From positions 1 to 54,235 of IMG/VR virus record IMGVR_UViG_3300025137_000002: a stretch of DNA of 54,235 nucleotides; one strand, written 5' to 3'. The DNA is from a virus. Lineage: Duplodnaviria > Caudoviricetes. Under the pieces are notes generated by a model. The model did not search any database, was not told the origin of the DNA, and saw nothing but the letters and a program-made list of their open reading frames with translations. Below are positions 18,341-27,449 of this stretch, one piece after another. How positions within the stretch are numbered: position 1 is the first letter of the stretch; the number at the start of each line of letters is the position of its first letter. The position numbers were made by a program, and so were the translations under genes.

Positions 18341-18809
18341 TGGCGTTGATGTTTTCAGTTGATTCTCCTAATGCAAGTTTTGCTATTCGTTGAGCTGTAT
18401 GAGCAGCACTTGCGAGGCTCCTAATAGCTTGTGGTGGTAAGGGTTGTTTGCCCTCATTTATTTGTTTGTTATTTATCTGTAAGGATTGTGCAACTGAACT
18501 GTATATACCTTTCGCTAAATTGATACTACTGCTATCAAAATTTGTAGCCTCTTTTATTCTATCCTTGGTTCTTTTCTCATCTAATTTTTGTGTGAACTCC
18601 TGTTGAAATTCTGCTCTTTGTTGCTTCCAGTTTTCTGATGAAGCTAACCGATATAAAGTTGACTTAGCTATCTTATTTTTCTTTATGATTTCATCAAGGT
18701 TCGGAAACACTCTTTCTTCTGCACCGTCATACCCTTGTACAAACTCATTACGCATTTTGAGTTTCAAGTTTGGGGTTAGTTTTTTATTTACAGGCTTCTT
18801 ATTACTCAT
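18246..18809 (-). CDS. Putative terminase small subunit
   Basis: Position upstream of TerL; N-terminal HTH-like segment followed by W...R and helical body. Confidence 0.7.
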   Translation of the reverse strand: MSNKKPVNKKLTPNLKLKMRNEFVQGYDGAEERVFPNLDEIIKKNKIAKSTLYRLASSENWKQQRAEFQQEFTQKLDEKRTKDRIKEATNFDSSSINLAKGIYSSVAQSLQINNKQINEGKQPLPPQAIRSLASAAHTAQRIAKLALGESTENINASVKDTTSFREAMDLLDEVANAKRRGDLESIH

Positions 18810-18885
18810 TATTTCTCACTTATTCTAAACATCTTATTCCATAAAAGACCTATATTACAACTATTTATAGTATTGATACAACTAA

Positions 18886-18904
18886 TATTCCAAAAAGGGT
18901 TTAC
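18886..18904 (+). promoter_or_regulatory. Conserved phage promoter/operator motif, copy 2
   Basis: Exact 19-mer upstream of the rightward operon starting at 18973. Confidence 0.85.
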
Positions 18905-18972
18905 TTATTTACAATAATGAACAATACTTAGTCCGTTGAATAAATTGAGCCGAAAGGCAAGGAGTAGTAACT

Positions 18973-19233
18973 ATGAATAACTTTACAACTAGAACATGGT
19001 CAGAGGCACTCGCCTTATATACCAAAAATCAACCTTCTGATTGGTCACATATCCCTGATGCTGAACTGAGTGATGAGCGATGTGGTGGTTGGATAATGCG
19101 TGATGCCGAAAATTATTATATTGGCTTCGTTTCTAACTACGGGTCAGCTACCTACACTTCCCATAAACTCACTACTGTAAGAACTAAGTTTGATGAGAAA
19201 GGTCGTGTACTCAATCCGTGGGAGAAATCATGA
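18973..19233 (+). CDS. Hypothetical early protein
   Basis: AAGGAG RBS; first gene after the motif. Confidence 0.7.
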   Translation: MNNFTTRTWSEALALYTKNQPSDWSHIPDAELSDERCGGWIMRDAENYYIGFVSNYGSATYTSHKLTTVRTKFDEKGRVLNPWEKS

Positions 19234-19808
19234 TTTTATACCATGGTACTAATACACAGCATTTAGAAAAAATACTCACTGAGGGTATAAAGCCTAGAGG
19301 CAAGAATCAAAGCAACTGGGAGGAGAACCCAAGTCGGTCAGACATGGTTTACTTGACTAATTCCTATGCCCCATATTTCGCTCTATCACAATGTGAGGCT
19401 GACCAAGATTTTATTAAGCCGGTTGTGATTGAAGTTGATGTGCCTACTAAAAAATTATTCCCTGATGAAGATTACCTTGAACAGTTCACTAGGAATGACC
19501 CTGAGTGGAAATTCTTAGTTGATAAATGTGATATGGCTGAAAGGACTGCGATGTTCAAAAATGAGCTTACTAAGTACCATGAATATGGCTTACAGAGTCT
19601 ACAAGGATTAGGTAACTGTTGCTTCAAAGGAATCATTCCTCCTAAGAGGATTAAACGATACACGATTCTTGAGGCCTCCCTTGTACTCACCTATTCAGAC
19701 CCTACCATAACTTTAATGAATCAAATGTTCATGGGTAAACAGTATCACGACATTTGTAAAAATAAAATTTGGGAAAAGCCTTTTTCATTAAATGTTTTTG
19801 AAGTTTAA
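19230..19808 (+). CDS. ADP-ribosyltransferase-fold protein (putative)
   Basis: MILYHGT...IL.EGIKP...VYLT...A.YFA pattern of HYE-clade ART / RNA 2'-phosphotransferase-like folds. ATGA coupling. Confidence 0.55.
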   Translation: MILYHGTNTQHLEKILTEGIKPRGKNQSNWEENPSRSDMVYLTNSYAPYFALSQCEADQDFIKPVVIEVDVPTKKLFPDEDYLEQFTRNDPEWKFLVDKCDMAERTAMFKNELTKYHEYGLQSLQGLGNCCFKGIIPPKRIKRYTILEASLVLTYSDPTITLMNQMFMGKQYHDICKNKIWEKPFSLNVFEV

Positions 19809-19835
19809 TAAAATATTATTTCAGGAGAAATTATT

Positions 19836-20318
19836 ATGAATATATTTGCAGTTGCAAAAAGTCCTAGGGTGTCAGCACGCTCACTTCCAGATAAGCTAGT
19901 GGTAAAAATGCCATTAGAATCTGCACAGATGTTAAGCACATCGCTCCGTTGTTTCATGTCTGATGATGCTTGTAATACTCTAGGCATCTATAAGGTTGCT
20001 TTCAAAAATCACCCTTGTACGATATGGGCGAGGACTAGCCGTTCAAATTTTGATTGGTTAGTTGCACACTTTGAAACTCTATGTGATGAGTATACAGCTA
20101 GGTATGATAGGGTTCATGCTTGTAGGAGGTTGTTATACGCCTTCAAAACTTTCCGTGTATTTATTCCAGATGGTCCTTTGACTCCTTTCGCTCAATGTAT
20201 GCCTGATGAATATAAATCAGATAGTCATATTGAAGCTTATCGTGATTATATGGTTGCCGAAAAAACTTACGCTGTTTGGAAGTTTACTGAACAGCCTCAA
20301 TGGTGGGTGGCTTCATGA
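19836..20318 (+). CDS. Pyrimidine-dimer DNA glycosylase-like protein (T4 endonuclease V superfamily)
   Basis: MNIF...DKLVVKMPLESAQMLST, NHPCTIWAR, EYTARY...H, TPFAQCMPDEY. Confidence 0.75.
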   Translation: MNIFAVAKSPRVSARSLPDKLVVKMPLESAQMLSTSLRCFMSDDACNTLGIYKVAFKNHPCTIWARTSRSNFDWLVAHFETLCDEYTARYDRVHACRRLLYAFKTFRVFIPDGPLTPFAQCMPDEYKSDSHIEAYRDYMVAEKTYAVWKFTEQPQWWVAS

Positions 20319-20941
20319 GTATAGAAATGATGAATGGTGCTTGGAATACTGATGGTCTAACACCTACTAAAAAATTGATTCTTTTACTACTTGGTGCGTA
20401 CGCTGATGAGAATGGTCAATGTTATCCGTCCCACCGTCATATAGCTAAGAAGATTGGTCTTAAAGACACTAAGGGAATACAGAGAACTATAAAAGAATTT
20501 GAGGAAGAAGGCTTACTAAGAATTGAGCATCGTAAGACTGTAGATGGTGGATATACTTCAAATAAATACACTCTTTTACTACCTACGGGTAAATCCACCC
20601 CCACCGGTGTAAAAAAGGTGACCGACCCCGTGCCAGTACCCTCCAATAAAAAAGATGATAAAAAAACTAATATATTATATCCGGAGGACTTTGAGTTCTT
20701 CTGGAAATTGTATCCGAGGCGTATCGGGAAATATCAAGCCGGTATCTCATTTGAAAAAGCACTTCACACCGTCCTCTATGATGATTTGATTCACGCTACC
20801 AAAGTGTTTGTTCAAGAAATGAAGAATACAGAAGAGAAATATATTGTTCATGCTACTACATGGCTCAATCAGAAAAGGTATTTAGATTATAAAGACGGGA
20901 AGATTGATAAGCCTAAACCACTTAACAACATAGCAGGATAA
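20315..20941 (+). CDS. Replication initiator-like protein (N-terminal winged HTH)
   Basis: KLILLLL..YADENGQCYPS...IA, SNKY, FE.FWKLYPRR.GK, HATTWLNQKRY. Confidence 0.8.
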   Translation: MSIEMMNGAWNTDGLTPTKKLILLLLGAYADENGQCYPSHRHIAKKIGLKDTKGIQRTIKEFEEEGLLRIEHRKTVDGGYTSNKYTLLLPTGKSTPTGVKKVTDPVPVPSNKKDDKKTNILYPEDFEFFWKLYPRRIGKYQAGISFEKALHTVLYDDLIHATKVFVQEMKNTEEKYIVHATTWLNQKRYLDYKDGKIDKPKPLNNIAG

Positions 20942-20944
20942 ATT

Positions 20945-22645
20945 ATGAAACAAACATTACACCAAAGATTAACTGAAGAAGGCATATCGCTTGATTATAA
21001 AGATGGTAATAATAAAATTCATTGCCCTAAATGTCAGCCACCTCATAATCCTAGAGATACCCCGTTATCATTAACTGTTAAAAGTGATACAGCAGTTTGG
21101 TATTGCCATCATTGTGAATACAAAGGTACATGGACAGCTGACTATAATGTATTCAGACCTTACACAAAACAAAAAACATACATCAAGCCGGTTATTGAAA
21201 ACGCTACATATCCGGATAGCATGTTTGACTTCTTCACGAAAAGAGCCATCAGCAAAGAAACTGTTAAGGCTTTAAAAATATATCGCGAGGCTAGTTGGAT
21301 AGCTTTCCCTTACTTTGATGATAAAGGTAATACATTAAATATTAAGTTCAGGACTCCTGATAAGAGATTTAAGCAATCTAAGGAGTCACAGCCAACCCTT
21401 TACAACTATGATAATTGTTACGCTAGTGACACAGTTATATATTGTGAGGGCGAAATGGATGTATTGTCCTTATATGAAGTCGGATTCCCGTACGCTACTA
21501 CACTTCCAAATGGTGCTCCAAAAGAAGCAAAGTTTAAAGATGATGATGCGAGGTTTGAGCCACTAAAATTTTGCCCGTTAGTTGCTAAGAAGATAATCCT
21601 GTTTACTGATAACGATACGAGTGGTCGTGCCTTACATAAAGAATTGTTACATAGATACGGGAAAGATATATGTTGGTTCGTTAGGTTGCCGGAAGGTTGT
21701 AAAGATGCCAATGAAGTACTTATGAAGCACGGTCAAGCCATGCTCAAAGAGATGGTTGATAATTGTGAGCCTTATCCGGTTGATGGTTTATATACTGCTA
21801 AAGATTATTGGAATCAAATTCAAGAGCTTTACGATGGTCAATATGAAAAGCCTTTTGAGATAGGTATGAATGGTCTTGATGACTTATATAAAATTATGAA
21901 GGGTACTTTTCATGTTGTTACAGGTATACCTAATCATGGTAAGTCATTATTCCTTGACCAAGTATTAGTTAAGTTAGCTAAGAAGCACGGTCTTAAGTTT
22001 GCTGTGTTCTCTCCGGAGCATTCAACATCAATGCACATTAGAAGATTATTACAGATGGTGATTCAAAAACCTTTTGAGGAAAATCTTGATATGCGAATGA
22101 CTAAAGAAGATATTGCTGTTGGTATGGAATTTATTCATAAACACTTTTACTTTATAGAGGCAAAAGAAGCAGTACCGAATATTGACTTCATTCTCAAGGT
22201 CGCAAAATCTGCATGTATGAAATATGGCATAGATGGTTTAGTGATTGACCCGTATAACGAAGTTGATGCCAAAAGAGGTGGCAATGCTAGGGAAGATGAA
22301 CATATCCGTGACTTCATATCCACTTGTAAACGATTCTCAAAAATACACGATATCGTTACTTGGGTTGTTGCCCACCCCACTAAATTACCAAAGACTGATA
22401 AGGGTGGTTATTCTCCACCGACTGCTTACGACATCTCAGGTGCGGCACATTGGCACAACCAAGCTGATGTTGTAATGACTGTACATCGTGATTTTGATGA
22501 AAACTCTACATCTGTATTGTTAAGAAAAGTTAGAGAACAGGACTTATACGGAAAGATTGGTGAAGCTAAGTTCTTCTATAATTTTAAAACGAGGTCCTAC
22601 GAGCAGTTGACTACGGGCGACTGGGAATCTTACGACTTTGATTAA
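20945..22645 (+). CDS. Primase-helicase (T7 gp4 / Twinkle-like)
   Basis: Zn finger CPKC..CHHC, TOPRIM EGEMD and DND, KDANE, Walker A GIPNHGKS, VIDPYN, VAHP.K, YDISG. Confidence 0.93.
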   Translation: MKQTLHQRLTEEGISLDYKDGNNKIHCPKCQPPHNPRDTPLSLTVKSDTAVWYCHHCEYKGTWTADYNVFRPYTKQKTYIKPVIENATYPDSMFDFFTKRAISKETVKALKIYREASWIAFPYFDDKGNTLNIKFRTPDKRFKQSKESQPTLYNYDNCYASDTVIYCEGEMDVLSLYEVGFPYATTLPNGAPKEAKFKDDDARFEPLKFCPLVAKKIILFTDNDTSGRALHKELLHRYGKDICWFVRLPEGCKDANEVLMKHGQAMLKEMVDNCEPYPVDGLYTAKDYWNQIQELYDGQYEKPFEIGMNGLDDLYKIMKGTFHVVTGIPNHGKSLFLDQVLVKLAKKHGLKFAVFSPEHSTSMHIRRLLQMVIQKPFEENLDMRMTKEDIAVGMEFIHKHFYFIEAKEAVPNIDFILKVAKSACMKYGIDGLVIDPYNEVDAKRGGNAREDEHIRDFISTCKRFSKIHDIVTWVVAHPTKLPKTDKGGYSPPTAYDISGAAHWHNQADVVMTVHRDFDENSTSVLLRKVREQDLYGKIGEAKFFYNFKTRSYEQLTTGDWESYDFD

Positions 22646-23069
22646 CACGCTCACGGAGTTCACTGGTGGAGAAAGAATGTTTTCTATCATTGTAATATAA
22701 TTCAATGAAGTCTAAATGACTGCCGGTGAATTCCTTGTCCTTGTATTCAATACCTAAGAATCTGATATGTGGTCGTATTGTTAATAACATATCAATGATA
22801 TCTTGCTCAGTAGTAAAAGGTATTACACAATCAACATATTCTAAACCTTGTACTTGCACCCATCTTTCAAAGATAGTTTGTATAGGTTTATTTTTAGTAT
22901 CTGGTCGGTCAACAGTTGGGTCATTCAATAATCCTACAACGAGGTAATCACAATTAGCTTTGGCTTCTGCCAACATAGCGACATGACCTGCGTGTAACAT
23001 ATCAAATGTACTACATGTATACCCAATCTTCGCTCCTGTTTTTTTTAAATGTTCAATTTTTGCTAACAT
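22611..23069 (-). CDS. Cytidylyltransferase-like nucleotidyltransferase (TagD / HldE-C superfamily)
   Basis: TFDMLHAGH (HxGH), YLVVGL, KNKPIQ...ER, R.HSFSTSELR. Confidence 0.88.
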   Translation of the reverse strand: MLAKIEHLKKTGAKIGYTCSTFDMLHAGHVAMLAEAKANCDYLVVGLLNDPTVDRPDTKNKPIQTIFERWVQVQGLEYVDCVIPFTTEQDIIDMLLTIRPHIRFLGIEYKDKEFTGSHLDFIELYYNDRKHSFSTSELRERVNQSRKIPSRP

Positions 23070-24060
23070 GATATAACTCCTCTATTTTTTCTTGACATAC
23101 TTTTTTGTTGTCAGTGTATTTGTAAAACCTTAACCAATGAGATAACTCTAATTGTTTCATGGGGTATTCTGCATACCTACTCATGACATACTCATATCTA
23201 CTGGCCTCATTAAAACGATTCAACGACATTGCTAATTTACTTACATCAAGCAACCATGATGTGAAGTCTTTTTCTGAATATATAGGGTCAATAAAATATA
23301 TATGGTCGCCTCTAGTAATGAAGTTATCAATAGCACTATCACCATGACAAAAACTAACATTGTTATTCATTACATCTGCAATATGGTTATTATCAAGCAC
23401 ATCTATATATTCTCTATTGAGCTTTTGTTCTTTGATATGTTTATTACACCTATCAATATAGACATTCCATTTTTTTACATTTAGTGTTTTTGAATTGTAG
23501 CTATCAATCACATTACATAAACTCACGACATCAGTATCAGCAGTTTTATCTATGTATTCCATTGTTATAGTTTTGCCGATAAGTTTATGAATCAAAGGCG
23601 TGTGTAGATTAATATCTTTCGCTTTTTCATACCACTCAATAGCCTGTTTTGAATTTGTTGCAGTTTTGCTTACTTGATTGCCTTGTTTAATTACATAAGA
23701 ACCGGACATGCCGTACATTCTTTTGTATTCAAGTTCAGCGAATGCTTCTGGGGTTAATGCTTTATCATCAATGTAATATGTTGCTAGGTATTTCTGAAAT
23801 GAAAGTTTATGGTACTTGACTCCGTTCTTTACTAACCAAAGATGAATCTGTCTGCCATATTTTTCTTCTGCTTTTTCTGAGTCGCCATTACAACTTAATT
23901 GACCTCTAGCTGTAACAATATATATTTCCCAACCATTGTCATAAAAGAAATTGAGTTTATCTATAACTTTCTGATTAGGTATTGCGTTGTTCCAATCCCT
24001 GTTAAGAGTGAAACTTATAGTGTCATCAAAATCACAATGTATTCTTTTGTCGTGACTCAT
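23053..24060 (-). CDS. HAD-family phosphatase fused to an APH/choline-kinase-like domain
   Basis: DFDDT, VTARG, YYIDDKA (HAD); FCHGD...N, YFIDP (kinase). Confidence 0.8.
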   Translation of the reverse strand: MSHDKRIHCDFDDTISFTLNRDWNNAIPNQKVIDKLNFFYDNGWEIYIVTARGQLSCNGDSEKAEEKYGRQIHLWLVKNGVKYHKLSFQKYLATYYIDDKALTPEAFAELEYKRMYGMSGSYVIKQGNQVSKTATNSKQAIEWYEKAKDINLHTPLIHKLIGKTITMEYIDKTADTDVVSLCNVIDSYNSKTLNVKKWNVYIDRCNKHIKEQKLNREYIDVLDNNHIADVMNNNVSFCHGDSAIDNFITRGDHIYFIDPIYSEKDFTSWLLDVSKLAMSLNRFNEASRYEYVMSRYAEYPMKQLELSHWLRFYKYTDNKKVCQEKIEELYHVSKN

Positions 24061-24826
24061 ACGCTTTCTTCCAAGATATTATAGACTCTAGTCTTTTATT
24101 ATCACCATCTTCTGTGGTCCAATTTGGGTTCATTTTATATTTGAGCTTCACGAAATCAGGAAACTCATCTCTCAACTTTTGATAGCACCATTGATGCGTT
24201 TTATTATTTCTAAATTCAGAATTACCACCTTCTTTCCCGTGTTGATGAAAAAAAGCATAGTTGTAAAGAACTAAATTCTTCATACCTTTCGTGAACATAG
24301 ATAACAAAGCATAAAAATCTTCAAAATTCTTAGCACCAGTTTTTTTATATAAACCATCAAAAGAAATATCATTATCATCAAACATTTTAGTATTTATGCC
24401 ATAACAGGAATATGACCTCTGTATCTCTGCTGAATTTTCTAACACTCTATTGTTACCGGCTCTATCTGAAATACCAACCCAAGCATATGTATCAAGAGCA
24501 TCGCTTACTACTGATAACATTTCCCGCATACTTTCTTTATTTATATTGACGATTCTTCCGGCAGGTGTTCGTTGATAAAACTTCACTTGGTCATCTACTA
24601 TAAATATCTTTTCACCCATAAACATATCTACTAGCTTCTGCCTAGTGTCAGCGATACCATCAGTGATGCCTAAGTCTATGACTTGTGCCATTGGGTTAAG
24701 ATGTTGTAAATACTCCACACGGGTCGTATCCGTACATAGATATATATTATTGAGTTGTTCAGCAGGGAATGATTTAAAAGATACTTGGGAATCTTCCCTC
24801 ATGTAAGTCGGTATGACTATTTTCAT
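24032..24826 (-). CDS. TET/JBP-associated glycosyltransferase (GT-A fold)
   Basis: IVIPTYMR, GIADTRQ, IVDD, EDF, GGNS.FR; directly downstream of the TET/JBP gene. Confidence 0.78.
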   Translation of the reverse strand: MKIVIPTYMREDSQVSFKSFPAEQLNNIYLCTDTTRVEYLQHLNPMAQVIDLGITDGIADTRQKLVDMFMGEKIFIVDDQVKFYQRTPAGRIVNINKESMREMLSVVSDALDTYAWVGISDRAGNNRVLENSAEIQRSYSCYGINTKMFDDNDISFDGLYKKTGAKNFEDFYALLSMFTKGMKNLVLYNYAFFHQHGKEGGNSEFRNNKTHQWCYQKLRDEFPDFVKLKYKMNPNWTTEDGDNKRLESIISWKKAYESRQKNTL

Positions 24827-25764
24827 GCGTTAATTTTATCGCCCTCTTTCCTATTTTTCGCCCTGTGTAATTCATCGTTGATGCTACCACAATGCATCAT
24901 GTTTTTTCTGTAGTACGCTACCAGAGATATTCTTTCAAAAGGTTTAGTTGAAGTCATTGCTGTATTCCCATGCACCTCATGTACATCAAAGAAACATACA
25001 TCGCCACTAGATAAATCAAATGCTACATCCCATCTTGGCATAACAGTAAATCCACCCTCATAAGAACCGGCACTCAAAACTGCTAGATTACCCAAAGCAC
25101 ACTCTAAATCACCGGCATCTTTATGATAGGCAGTTTGAAAGTTTTTGTTGATCGTTACTGTTGTAAAAACTGTATCAGTAATAACAAAATCACTACTCGT
25201 TTCATCAACTACTGCTTTATGTTCAGCGAACTTTTCAGGACATGCTTCTTCATACATTTTTGAAATGTACTTCAACATCGGTACACCTTTCGCAAATTTT
25301 TCTAAATGCTTTTCCGTGTACATAGTTTGACGACAATATGGAAACCTTACATTCCTATCAAAATAACCGGCTATACCCGACCTAACTTTTTTTGCCCTTG
25401 ATACTCTACTCAAAGTACCATCTTGTTTTACTACACGAAATCTTTTGTCATTTAATTTGACATTATTGGCTGAATCATCAACTCCACTTGAACCATCAGC
25501 ATAAGCCAAAGGTCCTGCCGCATTTCCCCTGTTCTCACTTATGGTTGCCGCAGGTTTAAATCCTTCATAAGCATCTCTACATATATTTGCTGGAATTTTA
25601 TTTTTTCTAAAGAAGAATAATGGCTGACCATCACTACTGTAACAATTACAGTCATCGCTAATAACAGTTGAGTAATCTTTTTCAGAAGCATAAGTACCCA
25701 TCATATCATTAGCATTTGCTTCTGACATCTTAGGCTCTAATATATATTCAGGTATCTGACTCAT
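24823..25764 (-). CDS. TET/JBP-family 2OG-Fe(II) DNA base dioxygenase
   Basis: NRG.AAG, SGIAGYFDR, CRQT, TVFTTVTINKNFQTAYHKDAGD (HxD), DVHEVHGNT, ERISLVAYYR. Confidence 0.85.
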   Translation of the reverse strand: MSQIPEYILEPKMSEANANDMMGTYASEKDYSTVISDDCNCYSSDGQPLFFFRKNKIPANICRDAYEGFKPAATISENRGNAAGPLAYADGSSGVDDSANNVKLNDKRFRVVKQDGTLSRVSRAKKVRSGIAGYFDRNVRFPYCRQTMYTEKHLEKFAKGVPMLKYISKMYEEACPEKFAEHKAVVDETSSDFVITDTVFTTVTINKNFQTAYHKDAGDLECALGNLAVLSAGSYEGGFTVMPRWDVAFDLSSGDVCFFDVHEVHGNTAMTSTKPFERISLVAYYRKNMMHCGSINDELHRAKNRKEGDKINA

Positions 25765-26368
25765 TTTTAACTGCCCTAAAAACTATGTCGGAAAAGTTTT
25801 CTATCCCGTATTTATCTTTCAACAAAAGCAGACATTGTTTAAATTCAGCTAATTGTTGTAAATCATATAATAGCATAAATTGTTTTACATTCGTTTCAGG
25901 AACATCAAATGTACTATCAATCTGCATGTCCCCAATATCAACATCATCAGGTGCATCAAATTCTAACATTGACTCATTTAATTTTGCAATTTCATCTAAA
26001 TCAAAACCTGTCATATTCAAATCAAAATCAAAGTCAGCTAATTTATCAAACTCTTTAGCAAGTAATTTCTTATCCCATTGGGCATAGTCTTGAGATTTGT
26101 TATCCATTAACCGGTAAGCCATTTTTTGCTCATCAGTTAAATCAGTAGCTATTTTTACAGGTACTTTTTTTATGTCTAAAAGTTTTGCGGCTTTTAATCT
26201 GGAATGTCCTGCTAGGATTATCATATCTTCATCAACAACTATCGGTGATTGCCAACCATAATTGCTAATACTTTGTGCTACCTTTTCAACTGCTTTATCA
26301 TTTATTCGTGCGTTGTCCTCGTATGGGGTTATATCATCAACGCTTTTCATTACTGTTTTAAATGCCAT
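25748..26368 (-). CDS. ParB/Srx-like N-terminal domain protein
   Basis: PYEDNARIN, SI..YGWQSPIVVD, ILAGHSRLKAA, AYRLMDNK. No methyltransferase domain is attached. Confidence 0.88.
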   Translation of the reverse strand: MAFKTVMKSVDDITPYEDNARINDKAVEKVAQSISNYGWQSPIVVDEDMIILAGHSRLKAAKLLDIKKVPVKIATDLTDEQKMAYRLMDNKSQDYAQWDKKLLAKEFDKLADFDFDLNMTGFDLDEIAKLNESMLEFDAPDDVDIGDMQIDSTFDVPETNVKQFMLLYDLQQLAEFKQCLLLLKDKYGIENFSDIVFRAVKNESDT

Positions 26369-26580
26369 TATTCCTCCAAGTCATAAAAGTCATTCGGCTC
26401 TACATTGCCATCGGTTATTTTATAAATCATCTCCATCTCATTCTTTCTAGGTATACGAACTCCAAGTATCCATTTGGCTAGTGTACCCTGTGGAATATAT
26501 TTCCCAGTAGCCATTTCACATATATCTATGAACTTCATTTGAGTTAAATTTTCTGATTGTAAATATTCTCTAAGTTGCAT
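26368..26580 (-). CDS. Cro-like HTH transcriptional regulator
   Basis: LREYL....TQ..F....QGTLAKW..G.R.P.....I...T.G.V...DF pattern; divergent from the recombination operon. Confidence 0.8.
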   Translation of the reverse strand: MQLREYLQSENLTQMKFIDICEMATGKYIPQGTLAKWILGVRIPRKNEMEMIYKITDGNVEPNDFYDLEE

Positions 26581-26620
26581 AATTGTCCGTAGGGTATTAA
26601 CACCCTGACCCCTTTTATTT

Positions 26621-26635
26621 ATTCCTATTTGGAAT
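26621..26635. promoter_or_regulatory. Palindromic operator candidate ATTCC-N5-GGAAT
   Basis: Lies between the divergent Cro-like and nuclease genes; symmetric variant of the repeated motif. Confidence 0.55.
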
Positions 26636-26681
26636 TATACTGATACTTCAATTGAAAAACAATACATTGAGGAATTGAATA

Positions 26682-27446
26682 ATGAATAAAAATAATCCGT
26701 TTGAATATCATGGCATTGAACACTTATCAGCCAGTTCTATAAACACTTATATCACCGACCCTTGTAAGTTCATCTACAAATACTTATTTAAGTTTCCCGG
26801 AAAAGCAGGTCCCGGAGCTTGGCGAGGCATTGTCGTTGATGAAGCTGTGGGTTTATACCTTAGTATGGATAAACCAAACATCAGCAAGGTTACAGATGTC
26901 GCTATGAAAAGATTTAAAGGTTTAACCGACCATAATGAGGTTGACCATCATGAGCCGAAGGTAGAAAAAGAAAGACACCTCGTTCCTGAATACATTACTA
27001 CAGCTTGTGAATACTTTGCTAGTTTAGGTAAGCCAGAAGAATATCAAAAATCAATCAGTCTTGAAGTAGATATGCCAGTTCCAATAATTGGTTATATTGA
27101 CTTGAAGTACGATGGTATCGTGCGAGATATAAAGACAGTAGGTCGTATGCCTAGTGAGATACCAAACACAGTCAAGAGGCAACTCTCATTGTATGCGAAA
27201 GCAGAGGACAGCATGGCTATCGTTGATTATGTCAATGTGACTAAAACGAAAACCGATGTTAAATCTATTGTCGTAGAAAATGTAGATGAGCATTTTGAGG
27301 ACTTGATGAGAGGAGCTAGAGCTATAGAGCGACTTCTTTCAATGGGTGACAAATATGAAATCGCAGAAGCTTTTTTCCCGAACTTTGATTCTTGGATGTG
27401 GAGTCCGGAAGAAAGAGCTAATGCATCAACAATATGGAGAAAATGA
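26682..27446 (+). CDS. PD-(D/E)XK exonuclease (RecB/Cas4-like recombination nuclease)
   Basis: HLSASSI, IIGYIDL, DIKT, QLSLY. Confidence 0.85.
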   Translation: MNKNNPFEYHGIEHLSASSINTYITDPCKFIYKYLFKFPGKAGPGAWRGIVVDEAVGLYLSMDKPNISKVTDVAMKRFKGLTDHNEVDHHEPKVEKERHLVPEYITTACEYFASLGKPEEYQKSISLEVDMPVPIIGYIDLKYDGIVRDIKTVGRMPSEIPNTVKRQLSLYAKAEDSMAIVDYVNVTKTKTDVKSIVVENVDEHFEDLMRGARAIERLLSMGDKYEIAEAFFPNFDSWMWSPEERANASTIWRK

Positions 27447-27449
27447 AAA

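Noticed and set aside
25748-26368. Plasmid-prophage partition system or ParB-methyltransferase fusion
   Set aside because: No ParA and no MTase motifs; the context is the TET operon.
26682-27446. CRISPR-associated Cas4
   Set aside because: No Fe-S cysteine cluster, cas genes or array; the context is exonuclease-SSAP-SSB recombination.
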